Positions 9,271 through 20,458 of a DNA stretch of 60,264 nucleotides are shown here, in pieces (position 1 is the stretch's first letter; every line of letters starts with the position of its first letter). Source of the stretch: Myxococcota bacterium (lineage in GTDB: Bacteria > Myxococcota > XYA12-FULL-58-9 > JALHOP01); assembly GCA_041288095.1 (NCBI GenBank), contig JBGGMJ010000062.1, forward strand, positions 1 through 60,264. The letters are read 5' to 3'. A program made the position numbers and the translations under genes. The notes below the pieces were generated by a model that searched no databases, had not been told where the DNA came from, and worked only from the letters and a program-made list of their open reading frames with translations.

Positions 9271-9436
9271 ACGATCGTGAGTGTTCGCGAAAGCGTGCAA
9301 TGCATGTTCTTCGCGAGTCGGTTCGAAGGTAAGAAGGGGTCAGGGCTTCGTTGCGCGACGAAGCTTCGGCTCCATGGGCTCCTGAAAAGATTCAACGCCC
9401 GCCGCCGAGAGGCGATGGGCAACGTTCGGAGGGGTC

Positions 9437-9940
<504 letters not shown>

Positions 9941-10064
9941 AACAAGTTCTTGCGTCGCTCCAACTTAGCGATATTGTGCGGGTTATAGTGTCTGCTCTCG
10001 GTCGACATTTCGTGCGGTCTGAGTGGGCGAGGCGCCGATATCCCGGTACATTCCACGGCACGAC

Positions 10065-12845
10065 ATGCGCGTGACGTGCTCCAATTGTTCAACCTCCTTC
10101 GAGGTCGACGACGGCGAGATTGGGCAAACGGGAGCTCTCGTTCCGTGCCCCAACTGCGGCACGCAAGTCGCGGCGATGCCGCTCTCATCCGTGCTGTACG
10201 CTAATGCGTCGGCGCCGGTGACCGGCAGCACCATTACCCTCGATGCCGACGAGCTCGCGGAGCTCGCCGAGGTCGAGGACGACGCCCTCATCGAGCTCGA
10301 CGATGACGAGACCGTGGCGGAGGTGTTCGCGCCCACGGGCCCGGGTGAGGCGGCGCGCCCCGCGCCGTCGTTCGACATCGACCTGCCCGACCTTACCCCC
10401 GGCCGCGCCGCCAATCCGTTTGCTGCCGCCTTCGATGCTCAGGATGCCGCCGAGGAGACGCCGCCGCCGCCGCTCGCCGTGCGCAATGGCGACTATCCGC
10501 TCGCCGACGACGACACGGTCGTCGGTCCGCACCGACCGGCTCGTGCCGATGAAGGCACCCCCGAGATCGATGTGAACGTGAGCGACGTGGAGGTCGACGA
10601 GGCGCCGGCGCCGGCGGAGCCTGCCGATCTGCCGTATGGGCAGATGCCGACGATGCCTGGGCTCGAGCCCAGCGACCCGCCAATCGATCCCGCCGCCTAC
10701 GAGGTGCTTGGTACCGGGCCCACGGGTCCCGACTCGACGCTCATCGTGCGCAAGCGACGCGCGCCGAAGGAGCTCGCTGCCTTGGACGGCGAGGAAGGCG
10801 GTCCGCCGGAGCGGACACAGCCCCGCGTCCAGCAGCCGAACCAGCGCGGCGGCACCGGCGACGGCGAAACCGACCCGGGCCGCGCCAACGTGTCGTTTTC
10901 GCGGACACGCGCCTCGGCGACTCAGGCTTACCTGCTCTGGGGCGGCATCGTCCTCGGCGTTGCGCTGCTCGCTGGCGGCTTCCTGTATTGGCGTGGCTTG
11001 CCGATTGCGCCACCCGAGGTGCCAAACCCGCTCGAGCAGCGGGCGGACGACTGGCGCAAGAGTGGCCAGCCGCTCGCCAAAGTGGATGATGCGGCGGCGG
11101 CGGTCATCGAGGGTCTGGCCTCCGGCACCAACGCCGGCCGTGATCGCGCCTTGGGTGCGGCGCGCGCCGCGGTCGTCGCGGACCCCAAGTCGCCGGGCGC
11201 TGTCAGTCTCTACGCCCGCGCGCTCGCCGCGCGTGACGAGCAACTCGACACCACGACGTTGAACGACGTGCTCGCCGCCATTACCTCGGTGGTTGGCGAC
11301 CAGCCCAACAGTCCCGACCGGCCCAGCCTCGAGACTTCCCGCGCCTGGTTGCTGCTTCGCGCCGGGCGCGTCGATGATGCCCGCGAAGCCGCGGCCCGCG
11401 CCGTGGCAACGCGCGCCGACTATGCTCCCGCGCAGGTCGTGGCCCTCGCCGCGTCCACGGCGCTCAAGCCCGAGCACGCCGCCCAGCAGCTCGCCCCGTA
11501 CCTGAACACCCCCGAGGTGGCGAACGACGCGCGCTTGTGGCTCGGCGAAGCCCAGCTCGCCAACGGTCAAGTGAACGAGGCCATCGCGACCTGGCGCGGC
11601 GGACTGCGTGATGTGCCTACCGACGGCGCGTTCGTCGGCCGCTTGGCGCGTCTTCAAGCCGATCTCGGTGATTACGCCGCCGCGAGCGATTTGCTCTCGC
11701 AGAACGTGGCGCGGGGGGCCGCTTCGTTGGGCGACGTGCTGACGTTGGCCCGTCTGCAATCGCGGGCATTGCACAAGCCGAAGACCGCGCTCGAGACGCT
11801 CGACACCGCCCAGAAGGAGCGCGAGAGCCAACCGTTCGCGGTGGCGCAGTTGGTTGCCGAGCGCGTCACCGTCGCCCTGTCGGTGAAGCCGGCGCTGATC
11901 CCCGCCGACGAGATCACGAAAATGCTCGCCGCGGCCGCGGCCGGATCGCCAAACGTTCCCCAGCTCATCTACGCCGCCGCGCTCGCCGAGCTTGGCGCCA
12001 ACCAAACGCAGAAGGCGATCGACGGCCTCGAATCCGCGCAAGCCTTGGCGCCGGAGGCACCGGAGATCGCGTTCGCGCTCGCCGCGCTCACCAAGACGGC
12101 CGACCACGCCGGTGCGAGCGAGGTCGTGGCCACGGCGCTGAAGGAACGCGCGGACTACATTCCGCTCCACATCCTCGATGCCACCATCGCCGCCGAGCAC
12201 GACGAGAAGCCGCGCGCCGTGACGGCCGTGCGCAAGGCGCTCACCTTCGACCCCGCGCTGTACGTGCAGCACACCATGTTCTCGGCGTACGGCGAGCCAC
12301 TCTCGGTGATGCTGGACGTCGCGCGCTCGCTCGCCGAGCATTCGAGCCGTTTGGACAACACCATCTTGAAGAGCGCCGCTGGCGCGCTCTACGTGCTCGC
12401 GAACGACCAGAAGAACGGTCCGCTTTGGCTTACAAAGGCGCTGCGCGGCGACCCCAACGACGTCGGCGCGCATTTCTACAGCGCCATCTTGAACCTGCGC
12501 CGTGGCCAGAAGAAGCCCGCCCGCCTGGACCTCGCCGCCGCCGAGAAAAGCGAGCGCCGGCAGCCGATGGTGCGCCTCTACAAAGCGCGCGTCTTCGAAC
12601 AGATCGGCAAGTACCCCGAGGCCACGAAGATCTACCGCGATCTCGTCGACCAGAACCCTCTGAACGCCGCCGCCTTCGTTGGGCTCGGCCGGGTCCTGCG
12701 CATCCAAGGCGATGAGCAAGCCGCGCGCGATGCCGGCCGGAAGGCCCTGGCTGTACGCCCGCGCGACCGCGAGGCCCTGCGGCTCCTCGTAGCCGACGCC
12801 AGCGGCACTCGCCGCGACGCCACCACGACCCGCCCGCGCCGCTGA
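10065..12845 (+). CDS. zinc-ribbon (MJ0042-type) / TM / TPR protein
   Basis: MRVTCSNC...CPNC, an acidic Pro-rich linker, a TM (YLLWGGIVLGVALLAGGFLYW) and many TPR-like helical repeats. Confidence 0.75.
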   Translation: MRVTCSNCSTSFEVDDGEIGQTGALVPCPNCGTQVAAMPLSSVLYANASAPVTGSTITLDADELAELAEVEDDALIELDDDETVAEVFAPTGPGEAARPAPSFDIDLPDLTPGRAANPFAAAFDAQDAAEETPPPPLAVRNGDYPLADDDTVVGPHRPARADEGTPEIDVNVSDVEVDEAPAPAEPADLPYGQMPTMPGLEPSDPPIDPAAYEVLGTGPTGPDSTLIVRKRRAPKELAALDGEEGGPPERTQPRVQQPNQRGGTGDGETDPGRANVSFSRTRASATQAYLLWGGIVLGVALLAGGFLYWRGLPIAPPEVPNPLEQRADDWRKSGQPLAKVDDAAAAVIEGLASGTNAGRDRALGAARAAVVADPKSPGAVSLYARALAARDEQLDTTTLNDVLAAITSVVGDQPNSPDRPSLETSRAWLLLRAGRVDDAREAAARAVATRADYAPAQVVALAASTALKPEHAAQQLAPYLNTPEVANDARLWLGEAQLANGQVNEAIATWRGGLRDVPTDGAFVGRLARLQADLGDYAAASDLLSQNVARGAASLGDVLTLARLQSRALHKPKTALETLDTAQKERESQPFAVAQLVAERVTVALSVKPALIPADEITKMLAAAAAGSPNVPQLIYAAALAELGANQTQKAIDGLESAQALAPEAPEIAFALAALTKTADHAGASEVVATALKERADYIPLHILDATIAAEHDEKPRAVTAVRKALTFDPALYVQHTMFSAYGEPLSVMLDVARSLAEHSSRLDNTILKSAAGALYVLANDQKNGPLWLTKALRGDPNDVGAHFYSAILNLRRGQKKPARLDLAAAEKSERRQPMVRLYKARVFEQIGKYPEATKIYRDLVDQNPLNAAAFVGLGRVLRIQGDEQAARDAGRKALAVRPRDREALRLLVADASGTRRDATTTRPRR

Positions 12846-12910
12846 AAAGGCGCCGATGAGCGCTTCAGAAGGCTTGTAGAGCGTCTCACGGAGCGCTACG
12901 TACTCGCGCG

Positions 12911-13720
12911 GTGAAGCTCTCGATTTTGGTCGTCAGCTACAACGTCCGCGAGCTCCTGCGGCGTTGTCTCGAGTCGACGCGCGAACACGAGGTCATCGTC
13001 GTCGACAACGCGTCGAGTGACGGCACGGTGGCCATGGTGCGCGAGGCCTTCCCAGAGGTGCGCCTCATTGCCTGGGACGAGAATCGCGGCTTCTCGACCG
13101 CCGTCAACGCCGCGGCTCGCGAGGCGACCGGTGACGTCTTCTTGCTTCTCAATCCCGATGCCGAGCTGCCCGCCGGCGCGCCTCGTCGGATGCTGGCGGC
13201 GCTCGCGGCCCGTCCCGACGGTTGGGCGATGGGTTTTCGCCAGGTCGATGCCCACGGGAACTTCCAGCTGGCGATGGGGCCCAAGCCGGGCTTGATCGTC
13301 GAGCTCGGACGCAAGCTCGTTCAAGATCGTCTCGACCGCGGCGATGTCGCGCTCGGTAACATCATCGACCGCTTCGCCGAAGCCGGGCCGGTCGGGTGGG
13401 TCGCCGGCTCGAGCCTGCTCGTGCACCGGCACGCCTTCGAGCGCATCGGCGGCTTCGACGAGCGTTTCTTTCTCTACTTCGAAGACATCGATTTTTGCGT
13501 GCGGCTGCGCGCCGCCGGCGGCGTCGTCTACTACGACCCATACATCACGGTTGTCCATCATCGCGGGCAGTCGGCGCGCCGGCACAAGGCGCAAGCTTCG
13601 GCTGCCTACCGCGATAGCCAGCTCTGGTTCTGGGAGAAGCACCGCGGTCCGTGGACCCGACGTCTCGTGCACGCCTACTTGCTCGCCAAGCGCGCCGCGC
13701 CGCGGCAGCTCACCGGATGA
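12911..13720 (+). CDS. GT2 glycosyltransferase (WbbL-like)
   Basis: VVDNASSDG, NRGFSTAVN, LLNPD and GFDERFFLYFEDIDFC motifs. Confidence 0.88.
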   Translation: MKLSILVVSYNVRELLRRCLESTREHEVIVVDNASSDGTVAMVREAFPEVRLIAWDENRGFSTAVNAAAREATGDVFLLLNPDAELPAGAPRRMLAALAARPDGWAMGFRQVDAHGNFQLAMGPKPGLIVELGRKLVQDRLDRGDVALGNIIDRFAEAGPVGWVAGSSLLVHRHAFERIGGFDERFFLYFEDIDFCVRLRAAGGVVYYDPYITVVHHRGQSARRHKAQASAAYRDSQLWFWEKHRGPWTRRLVHAYLLAKRAAPRQLTG

Positions 13721-14805
13721 AACGCGTCGTCCACGTGATGGCGTCGGGCGCGCGCGGCGGCGGCGCCGAGCACCTGCGAGGTCTCATCCGCGAACAGCGG
13801 GCTCTGGGGTGGGTGCCATGCGCGGTCGTCGGCGATGACGGACCACTGGCGCGGCAAATCGAAGCCGATGCCGAGCGCGTCACGACGCTCGACCTCATGC
13901 GCTCGCGCTGGGACGTCGCCGCGCCGCGCCGTTTACGCCGAGCGATCAACGCCCACGCGCCTGATCTCGTGCATCTCCACGGCACGCGCGCCGCGTTTTT
14001 CGCGGGGCTGACGCCTTCGCTCTTACCGAGCGTCTATACGGTGCACGGACTGTCCTACCGAAAGCAGGGGGCGGCGGCGGTGCGCGCCGTCGGCCAAGCC
14101 GCCGAGGCGCTCGCGTGCGGCCGCGCCAGCCGAGTCATCACCGTGGCGCGCGCCGACCTCGACGACCTCGTCGGCAAGCGTTTCGTCACACGCGGCAAGA
14201 TCACGCACATTCCGAACGCCATGGACCTCGAGCGTTTCAAGGAGCACGACCGTGATGAAGCGCGCCGGCGCATGGGCGTCTCGGCCAACGGCTTCGTCGT
14301 CGGTACGGTGTCTCGCCTCGTGCCGCAGAAGGCCGTGGCCGACGCGATCGACGCCTTGGCTCGGGTCCGCGACGTTACCTTCGTCGTCATCGGCGACGGT
14401 CCCGAGCGCGCCGAGCTGCGCACCCGAGCCGCCGGTCGTGGCTTGCACGCGGTGTTTCTCGGTGCGCGCGACGATGTCCCCGAGCTCCTCGCGGGTTTCG
14501 ACGTCTTTCTGTTAGCCTCCAGGTGGGAGGGTGAGCCAATCGCATTGCTCGAGGCTTTGGCCATGCGCCTGCCGTGCGTTGCCACGGCGACGGCGGGCTC
14601 CCAGGAGATCCTGGAGGGGAGCGGGGCGGGTTTGCTCACGCCGGTCGGCGATATCGCGGCGCTCGCCGACGCCTTGAGCCGCTTGCGGCACGAGCCGGAG
14701 CTGCGCAGGCAGATGAGCGAGGTCGCTCGCGATGTCGTGCGGCACCGCAGCTTCAGGGAGAATGCCCGCAGCGTGCTCGACGTCTATGGGACGGTCGTCA
14801 CCTGA
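13717..14805 (+). CDS. GT4 glycosyltransferase
   Basis: GGAEH, VSRLVPQK and SRWEGEPIALLEA motifs. ATGA coupling to the upstream gene. Confidence 0.88.
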   Translation: MKRVVHVMASGARGGGAEHLRGLIREQRALGWVPCAVVGDDGPLARQIEADAERVTTLDLMRSRWDVAAPRRLRRAINAHAPDLVHLHGTRAAFFAGLTPSLLPSVYTVHGLSYRKQGAAAVRAVGQAAEALACGRASRVITVARADLDDLVGKRFVTRGKITHIPNAMDLERFKEHDRDEARRRMGVSANGFVVGTVSRLVPQKAVADAIDALARVRDVTFVVIGDGPERAELRTRAAGRGLHAVFLGARDDVPELLAGFDVFLLASRWEGEPIALLEALAMRLPCVATATAGSQEILEGSGAGLLTPVGDIAALADALSRLRHEPELRRQMSEVARDVVRHRSFRENARSVLDVYGTVVT

Positions 14806-16463
14806 TGCGCCGCTCCCACCTTACCTCGGTCGATGATCCGGAATTCGCGTCCGAGAGGCGCGTCCGAACCGCTCCGACCGGTCGTGACCGCATCACCCAA
14901 GCGGCGTGGCTCGCGGCCTTGGCCGCGGCGCTCGTGCCGTTGACCACCGTTGCGCAGGTGCGTCTTACGTACCTCGCGGTCCCGGCCGTGCTGGCGCTAT
15001 CCTCGCGTTGGCTGGGCAATGGTGCTCGCTGGACCGCTTTGGCGGGCAGCGCGTTGCTCGCCGGCCTCGGCGCCGCGGGCATTCCGCCATCGCCGCTGTT
15101 GCTCTGGGTGTTCATCGCCCTCGCTTGCGCGGTCGCTCTAGCGGACCGGCCGCGCGCCACTCGCGCCATCGTCGTCGTGATCACCGCAGTCACCGTCGTC
15201 CTGGTTCGCCGGGTGCTCGCGCGCGCCGGCTGGACGGACGAAGACGGCGCCATGACCCAGCTCGCGACGGGGTGCTTTGCCGCCACCGTCGCCGGCTTCG
15301 CGTTGTTGTGGTTGACGCGACCGCGTGAGGGCGCCGTCGGCCAAGCGCATGTCTTCGCGCTGGTGGTGGGTGCCTGCGCCGCGGCCTCCGCCGGGCGCAT
15401 CGTCATCGAGCAGCAGCCGGTGGTGTTTCCACGCTGGGTCGCGCGGGCGCACGCACTGACCGCGGCCGCGCCCAATCCCAGCCCCCTGGCGCTCCTCGAG
15501 CTCCAGCGCCTCCAGAACGCGGGCTTCCGCGACGCCGCGCTCGCGCGTGCCGGCGTCCTCGTGGGCCGCGACGCGGACGTGCCCACGCTGAAGGACGCTT
15601 GCTTCGTGGGCTACCGCGAGCCCCAGCTGGCCGGTAGCTGGGCGGGCAGGATAGCGCTCGGTGAGATCGCCTGCCGCGCGGTGCGCGCCTTCCCGGAACA
15701 TGGCGCCGCCACTCTCGCGCGCGAAGCGGAGCGCCTCCACGGCGGCGAGAAGGCCGCGCTCGAGCACCTGCGCGGCGACCTGCTGATGGTGGCGGGGCGC
15801 ATCGAGCCGGCACTCGAGGCCTATGCGCGTGCCACCGCCGCCGGAGACCAGTGGGCGGCGAGCGACGCCGTGCGTGCGCTCCTCGACCGAGGTCGTGTCG
15901 ACGAGGCTCGCGCCTTCGCCGCGAAGCAGCCCGAGGCCGATAGGGCGCGCGGGCGACTCGCGATCTGGCTCGGCGAGCCTGGTTCCGGAGACGAGAGCTC
16001 GATGAGCGTTTGGAACGAGCTCGTCGATTTCACGACGCTCGCTCCGTTATCGCGGCGAGGCGCCGTGTTGAGCGGCAACGGTCGCGCGCTGATGATGGTC
16101 GATGCCGACAGCGGCCGCGAGAGTCTCACCGCGGTCAGCGAAGACCTCGCTGCCTTCGCGGTGAGCCTGCCTCTGCCTCCACGGCGCGAGATCCCCGAGA
16201 GGCTGACCTTCGAGATGCGGGCCCGTCCCGCGTTTCGCGTCGACCTCACCAACACGCGCGGCCAGCGCCTGGTGCTCGCCTGCGGTCTCCCCGGCACCGA
16301 GGCCGCGGGTGAAACCTTCGTCGAGCTCGGCGAGGCCTGCACGACCGGTGGCCCAGTGACCGTGGCACCGCGTCAGTGGCTGACAGGCGAGCTCAGCGGC
16401 ATGGACCTGGTCGGCGGCTTCTCGGCATATTCCGTCCGCGCGGGCCCCGAACACGAGCCATGA
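14805..16463 (+). CDS. hypothetical membrane protein with TPR-like helices
   Basis: TGATG coupling upstream and ATGA coupling downstream. N-terminal TM segments. Confidence 0.6.
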   Translation: MRRSHLTSVDDPEFASERRVRTAPTGRDRITQAAWLAALAAALVPLTTVAQVRLTYLAVPAVLALSSRWLGNGARWTALAGSALLAGLGAAGIPPSPLLLWVFIALACAVALADRPRATRAIVVVITAVTVVLVRRVLARAGWTDEDGAMTQLATGCFAATVAGFALLWLTRPREGAVGQAHVFALVVGACAAASAGRIVIEQQPVVFPRWVARAHALTAAAPNPSPLALLELQRLQNAGFRDAALARAGVLVGRDADVPTLKDACFVGYREPQLAGSWAGRIALGEIACRAVRAFPEHGAATLAREAERLHGGEKAALEHLRGDLLMVAGRIEPALEAYARATAAGDQWAASDAVRALLDRGRVDEARAFAAKQPEADRARGRLAIWLGEPGSGDESSMSVWNELVDFTTLAPLSRRGAVLSGNGRALMMVDADSGRESLTAVSEDLAAFAVSLPLPPRREIPERLTFEMRARPAFRVDLTNTRGQRLVLACGLPGTEAAGETFVELGEACTTGGPVTVAPRQWLTGELSGMDLVGGFSAYSVRAGPEHEP

Positions 16464-17734
16464 TCGAGCGTCTCAAAAATCTCCAACGCACCGACCTGCA
16501 CGGCGCCGCGCTGGTCACGTTTGCCGCGCTGGTGCCGGTAGGCGAGGGCGTGGCCTACGTCGCGCTCGGGCTCACCGCGCTGATGTGCGCGGTGTCGTGG
16601 AGGCAGGCGCTGCGCGCGCTCATCGACCGTCCCACGACCCGCGTGATGTTGGTCGCTTTCGCGGTCTGGTTGCTCTGTGGTCTGCTCGCCGTGGCGCTCT
16701 CGGGCCATGGGTGGCTCCGGCCGGCGGAGCTCGGACGTTGGCCGCCGTTGTTGGCTATTTTCGTCGTCGTCGCCAGCGCTCCGGTGGTTGGCGAGGTGTG
16801 GCTCAAGCGTGCCGCGATGGCCTTCACGGTGATGCTCGCCGTCGCGAGCGCTTTCGCGCTCATTCAGTATGGCTTCAATGTCCGTCCCGGCGAGTGGCTG
16901 ACGCGGAGCACGACCGGCGCCGGCCAGGCCCTCGTACCCGGCGAGCCGCGCACGGTCGCGGGCGGCTTTTACTTCCATCGTTTGAAGATGGGCCACGTCT
17001 TGCTCGTGGGCCTCGCCATCGCCTGTGCGCGTCTCTTTTTCGGCGAGCTGCCGCGACGCCGCTGGATTGCCGAGGCCGGTCTGGGTGCGGTCTTCGCGGT
17101 GACGCTGCTGCTTACGTTCACGCGTGGCGCCGTCCTTGGTGGTGCCGCCGCCGGGGTCGTTTGCCTGCCTTTTCTACGCGGACGCTTGCGCGTGATCGCG
17201 GTTGCCGTGCTGGTTGCGGCGGTCGCGGTCGGCTTTGCCATGCCGGGTGTGCGCACGCGCATGTTGTCCGCCGGCAGCGAAGAAGCGAGCGCCACGCGCG
17301 GCCTCGTCTGGTCGCAAGGCGTGCGCATCATCGCCGATCACCCACTAGGCGTCGGTCTCGGGAACTACTCGGCGCTCGTCGGACGCTACTACGACACCGT
17401 ACGGCCCGAGTTCACCGTTCGCACCTATCCGCACAGCATGGTCTTGGCGGCCTGGGCCGAGACGGGGCCGCTGGGCCTCTTTGCCTACTTCTGGGCGTGG
17501 TCCGCTTTCGCGGTCGCTTGTGGACGGCTCCTCTCGAGCAAGCCGGTCGCCGGCGAGAACGCTCGGCGCATCGCGGCCGGCTGCGGACTCTTCGCCATCA
17601 CCGCGCTCGGCGTGGTCGGACTGACGCACGACCTCCTCTATCACAACTCGGTTGCGCTGGCGTTCGCCGGTGTCATCGGCGTGGTGCTAGCGCTCATCGA
17701 TGAGCCCGTTGTGCGGGGGCCGCGACTCGCGTGA
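16460..17734 (+). CDS. O-antigen ligase / Wzy_C family protein (WaaL-like)
   Basis: Polytopic membrane protein with LLTFTRGA, PLGVGLGNY and YPHSMVLAAWAETG motifs. Confidence 0.82.
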   Translation: MIERLKNLQRTDLHGAALVTFAALVPVGEGVAYVALGLTALMCAVSWRQALRALIDRPTTRVMLVAFAVWLLCGLLAVALSGHGWLRPAELGRWPPLLAIFVVVASAPVVGEVWLKRAAMAFTVMLAVASAFALIQYGFNVRPGEWLTRSTTGAGQALVPGEPRTVAGGFYFHRLKMGHVLLVGLAIACARLFFGELPRRRWIAEAGLGAVFAVTLLLTFTRGAVLGGAAAGVVCLPFLRGRLRVIAVAVLVAAVAVGFAMPGVRTRMLSAGSEEASATRGLVWSQGVRIIADHPLGVGLGNYSALVGRYYDTVRPEFTVRTYPHSMVLAAWAETGPLGLFAYFWAWSAFAVACGRLLSSKPVAGENARRIAAGCGLFAITALGVVGLTHDLLYHNSVALAFAGVIGVVLALIDEPVVRGPRLA

Positions 17735-18834
17735 CGCGTGTAGCCCTCGTGCATGACTGGTTGGTGGCGCACCGCGGCGGCGAGCAAGTGTTGCTCGAGC
17801 TGGCGCGCGCGTTTCCCTCGGCGCCAATCTACACCCTCGTCTACGATCCCAGGGACGTCCACGCCGAGCTCACGTCGCGCGACATCCGCACCAGCCTCAT
17901 CCAGAGCTTGCCCGGCGTGCCGCGGCATTTCCGCCGCTACTTGCCGCTCTTTCCCAAGGCGATCGAGGCCTTCAATCTCTCGAAGTACGACGTCGTGCTC
18001 TCGACGAGCCATTGCGTTGCCAAGGGCGTCATCACGCAGGGCACGCACATCGCGTACATCCACACGCCGATGCGTTATCTCTGGGATCAGCTGCCGACAT
18101 ACATCCCACCCTGGGCCGATACGCGACTGACCGTCAAAGCGGTCACCATGGCGGTGACGCCGCTGCGCCGTTGGGACGTCATGAGCGCGGCGCGGCCGAC
18201 CGAGCTCGTCGCCAACAGCAAGTATGTCGCTGAACGCATCGCGCGCGTGTGGCAGCGCGAGTCACGTGTCGTGCACCCGCCGGTCACGACCGGCTTCTTC
18301 CGGCAGGCGCCCGAGCGTCGACGCGAGGGCTACCTCGTGGTCAGCGCGCTCGTTCCCTACAAGCGCGTCGAGGTCGCGGTCGCCGCGGCCGCTCAGGAAG
18401 GGCTGCAGCTGACGGTCATCGGCTCGGGCTCCGAGCTCGGCCGTCTCGAGCGCATCGCCAAGGGCAAGGTGCGCTTCCTTCCCAGCGCGTCGGCCAAGGC
18501 GCTACGCGAAGCCTACGCATCCGCGAAGGCTCTCTTGTTCTGCGGGGTCGAGGACTTCGGCATCGTGCCGGTCGAGGCCCAGGCGAGCGGCTGCCCGGTC
18601 GTGGCCTTGGCGAAGGGTGGGGCCCTCGAAACGGTCGTCGACGGGGTGACCGGGGTCCTCTTCGATAGCCCCGAGCCACGCTCGCTATTGGCCGCCATCG
18701 AGCGCTGCGAGGCCCTCGATTTCGACCGCCAGACCCTCGAAAACCATGCGGAAACCTTCTCGGCGAGGCGCTTCCACCTGGAGCTGCAAGCGGTCCTGAA
18801 GAGCCACAATGTCTTCTATGAGCGACCGGTATGA
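17731..18834 (+). CDS. GT4 glycosyltransferase
   Basis: VALVHDWL..GGEQVL, VSALVPYKR and EDFGIVPVEAQASG motifs. Confidence 0.9.
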   Translation: MTRVALVHDWLVAHRGGEQVLLELARAFPSAPIYTLVYDPRDVHAELTSRDIRTSLIQSLPGVPRHFRRYLPLFPKAIEAFNLSKYDVVLSTSHCVAKGVITQGTHIAYIHTPMRYLWDQLPTYIPPWADTRLTVKAVTMAVTPLRRWDVMSAARPTELVANSKYVAERIARVWQRESRVVHPPVTTGFFRQAPERRREGYLVVSALVPYKRVEVAVAAAAQEGLQLTVIGSGSELGRLERIAKGKVRFLPSASAKALREAYASAKALLFCGVEDFGIVPVEAQASGCPVVALAKGGALETVVDGVTGVLFDSPEPRSLLAAIERCEALDFDRQTLENHAETFSARRFHLELQAVLKSHNVFYERPV

Positions 18835-18900
18835 CATAAATGTCGGTGTCGATGCTGGCAACGCCCTAGCGATCCTTTGCGAAAACGGGGATTTGCCGTT

Positions 18901-18916
18901 CGGCGTGCAAGTTGCT
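18901..18916 (+). promoter_or_regulatory. sigma54 promoter candidate for the priming transferase gene
   Basis: CGGCGTGCAAGTTGCT has GG-N10-GC spacing and a TTGCT -12 element, 77 nt before ATG 18994. Confidence 0.45.
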
Positions 18917-18993
18917 AATCGCTTGCGCGATGCCGCGTCAGGTCGCGGCTCATAGAGAATGCACAGCGGCCCGGGCCGCGTCTCATACGAAGC

Positions 18994-20400
18994 ATGCTGC
19001 GTCGACACCATAGATTCTTCCAATCCGTGCAGGTCGTGCGCGACGCTCTCCTCGTCGCCGTGGCTTTCTATGGTGCGCACTGGGCTCGCTTCTCGTTCCC
19101 CGAGCTGCTGCCGTTCCAAGAAGTCTCGCCCGTCAACGAAACGCTTTGGGTTGGGGCCGCGCTCATCTTCGTGTGGCCGGTGGTCGGCTGGGCGAGTGGT
19201 CTGTACGTAAGCCGCCGCACGCGCAGCATCACGAGTGAAGTCTTCGACTGCTTCAAGGTCGCGCTCATCAGCTTCCTGGTGATCGTCACCTTCACGTATT
19301 TCGTACGCGACGTGCGCTTCTCGCGTGGCGTCCTCGTCCTGTGGAGCGCTTCGTCGTTCGCCATGGTCTCGCTCGTGCGCGTCACCTCGCGCGGCGGCCT
19401 CGGCATCTTGCGGGCGCACGGTTACAACCTGCGTCACGTGCTCGTGGTGGGCACCGGCCAGCTCGCGCAGCGGGTGGTGTACACGGTTGGCCAGCACCAG
19501 TCGCTGGGCCTGCGCGTCTCCGGCATCATCGCCCTCGACGACGAGCGCGGGCGCATCGGCGAGATGATCGACAGCATTCCGGTCTGCGGCACGGTGGGTA
19601 ATCTCTCGAAGATCCTGAGCTACGGCACCATCGATCAGGTCCTCGTGGCCCTGCCCATCGAGCAGCTCGGCGCCTTGAAGACCATCATGGCGACGCTCTC
19701 GCAGGAGACCGTCGACGTCCGCGTCATTCCTGACTTCTACCAGTACATGACCCTGTGCGGCGGCGTCGACGAGTTCGCCGGCCTGCCTCTCATCAACCTC
19801 CAGGCAACGCCGCTCGTCGGCTGGAACCTGGTGACCAAGCGCCTCTTCGACATGTCGATGGCGATGCTGGGCCTCCTGGCCGGCGCGCCCCTCTTGGCCA
19901 TCATCGCCGGCATCGTCCGTTTGAGCGGACGCGGACCCATCCTCTACGCGCAGGAGCGCGTCGGCATGGATGGCCGTACCTTCACGATGTACAAGTTCCG
20001 CACCATGCGCGCCGACGCCGAAGTCGACGGCGCCCGCATGACCGAGCGCGACGACCCGCGCCGTACCGCCATCGGCGCCTTCCTGCGCACTCTGTCGCTC
20101 GATGAGCTGCCGCAGCTGTGGAACGTCTTGCGCGGCGACATGAGCTTGGTCGGCCCGCGTCCCGAACGGCCGTGCTTCATCGAAGACTTCAAGCGCGAGA
20201 TCCCGCGCTACGCCCTGCGCCACAAGATCAAGGCAGGCATGACCGGTTGGGCCCAGATCAACGGCATGCGTGGGAACACCAGCATCGAAAAGCGGATCGA
20301 GCTCGACCTGTATTACATCGAGAACTGGTCGATTCTGCTCGATATGAAGATCCTGCTGCGCACGGTCTGCGGCGGATTCCTGTCGCGGAACGCGTACTGA
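18994..20400 (+). CDS. undecaprenyl-phosphate hexose-1-phosphate transferase (WbaP/WcaJ type)
   Basis: N-terminal TMs, a CoA-binding-like domain, and KRLFD, YKFRTM, SLDELPQLWNVLRGDMSLVGPRPE and GMTGWAQING motifs. Confidence 0.92.
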   Translation: MLRRHHRFFQSVQVVRDALLVAVAFYGAHWARFSFPELLPFQEVSPVNETLWVGAALIFVWPVVGWASGLYVSRRTRSITSEVFDCFKVALISFLVIVTFTYFVRDVRFSRGVLVLWSASSFAMVSLVRVTSRGGLGILRAHGYNLRHVLVVGTGQLAQRVVYTVGQHQSLGLRVSGIIALDDERGRIGEMIDSIPVCGTVGNLSKILSYGTIDQVLVALPIEQLGALKTIMATLSQETVDVRVIPDFYQYMTLCGGVDEFAGLPLINLQATPLVGWNLVTKRLFDMSMAMLGLLAGAPLLAIIAGIVRLSGRGPILYAQERVGMDGRTFTMYKFRTMRADAEVDGARMTERDDPRRTAIGAFLRTLSLDELPQLWNVLRGDMSLVGPRPERPCFIEDFKREIPRYALRHKIKAGMTGWAQINGMRGNTSIEKRIELDLYYIENWSILLDMKILLRTVCGGFLSRNAY

Positions 20401-20458
20401 GCCGGGGGCCGCGAGCCCTGGTCTGTCCCATCCCGTTTTGCTAATACCCTCGCCTCCC

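Noticed and set aside
10034-10041. GCCGATAT upstream of the zinc-ribbon/TPR gene
   Set aside because: There is no matching -35 pentamer at 14 nt, and the product is a membrane protein unlike the other motif-associated genes.
10185-12719. Long antisense or shadow ORFs (10185-12719 -, 18685-20961 -, 6896-8488 -, 56077-57573 + and many others)
   Set aside because: They mirror well-supported genes on the opposite strand, carry no recognisable motifs, and are expected at this GC content.
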